A DNA stretch of 63,534 nucleotides, filler included, from Octopus bimaculoides (lineage: Eukaryota), in the NCBI RefSeq assembly GCF_001194135.2. It is 6 parts of 6 records of this genome, joined end to end, with 100 filler letters (N's around TTAATTAATTAA, not from the genome) between each part and the next. Parts side by side here need not be neighbours in the genome. Positions count along the whole stretch, not along the records: positions 61,148 to 63,534 come from NW_026358694.1; 5 more parts are not named here. One strand, written 5' to 3'. This document shows, piece after piece, positions 62,561 through 63,534 of this stretch (positions are counted from its first letter, which is position 1; every line of letters begins with the position of its first letter). The position numbers and the translations under genes were made by a program. The notes beneath the pieces were generated by a model. That model was given only the letters and a program-made list of their open reading frames with translations. It had not been told where the DNA came from and ran no database searches.

Positions 62561-63534
62561 TCTCTTTTAGTTAGAAGCACTTCTACACCTTCTCTCATTA
62601 ACTACTCCCACGTTAGATCCTGCCTACCACAACTCAGACACCAAATTAGCAAGGCCCGTACTCTACCCCTAACCTAACTATGTACCTTAATAATTTTGTT
62701 TACCCTCGAATAGCTGGATTATGACCACATAATATACACACATTTTTAATAAACCGGATCCATAATCCCAAACCTATGGATATAGTTCCACCTTTCAGTC
62801 GCTGACCTGAAACTCTCCAATGACACTACAATACACAAAAATGAAACAAAATAACACTAATCAATACTTTTTCTATAGTTCTTACTTTTATTTTTTTTAT
62901 TCGATTATTTTTACATTTTTATTTTTTATTTCATTTGTTACTTTATTTTTATATGTATATTCTTTTATTTATATATATATATTTTCTCAATTTTTATATA
63001 TTTTACATTTTCAATTTATATTTTTACATTTTTATTCTATATCCTTTTTATTTTTTAATTTTTATCTTTTAATTTTTTAATTCCTTTATGTTTTTATTTT
63101 TTATCTCTTATTTTTATTTTTTATTTTTCATTTCTTATTTTTTGCATTATTAATGTGTGTGCTATTATTTCCTATCAATATTATACTATATTACCAGGGT
63201 TGAAATGCCCCCAATACTCTGTATTTTGAATTTGAACGTCCAGCCCTCCCTCTCCCACACACTTTATTTCCCTTTTCTTGTGGACATTTTCTAATTATTC
63301 ATTCTTTAAGGTCTTATATGTTCTAATTACCCTTTCCACCTCCTTAACCCTTTCATCATCTAAATAAGTGTATGTGTAAGGGACGACCGTGCGAACTCAA
63401 AAAGGGAGAAATGGTGACGAATGGAAAAACAGAGGACTCCTTTTATTTAAACGCGTCACACGGTCGAACACACAATAATGTATCGATGATGATATACATG
63501 ATATGTTATACGACGATAACATAGATGACCAGTA

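Overview
AT-rich, repeat-dense eukaryotic scaffold with many N gaps. It is most likely octopus (inference from SINE and microsatellite content and the TTAATTAATTAA gap tags; no database search was run). Two spliced host genes can be reconstructed by hand, facing each other tail-to-tail. (1) On +, two exons (16404-16838, 18480-18601) encode the N-terminus, TM1 and TM2 of a class A (rhodopsin-like) peptide-type GPCR with an unusually long, glycosylated, Cys-containing ectodomain; TM3-TM7 were not found. (2) On -, three symmetric phase-1 exons (37947-38177, 35681-35923, 30938-31174) each encode one PAN/Apple-like 6-Cys module, followed by a 57-nt exon and possibly a 33-nt exon. The rest is layered mobile-element debris: tRNA-derived SINEs, R4/Dong-like and R2/NeSL-like RLE LINEs, an RTE LINE with three C-terminal C2H2 fingers, an L1/Tx1-like element, Penelope-like fragments with hammerhead-ribozyme motifs, mariner/maT/pogo and hAT elements, and a solo LTR. 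Unexplained structures are a 400-bp near-perfect palindrome, a 65-nt hairpin, a strand-polarised cluster of about 20 TGACG motifs, and several foldback junctions. No CRISPR, rRNA or bona fide tRNA gene was seen. No previously undescribed system is proven; the best leads are in the findings.
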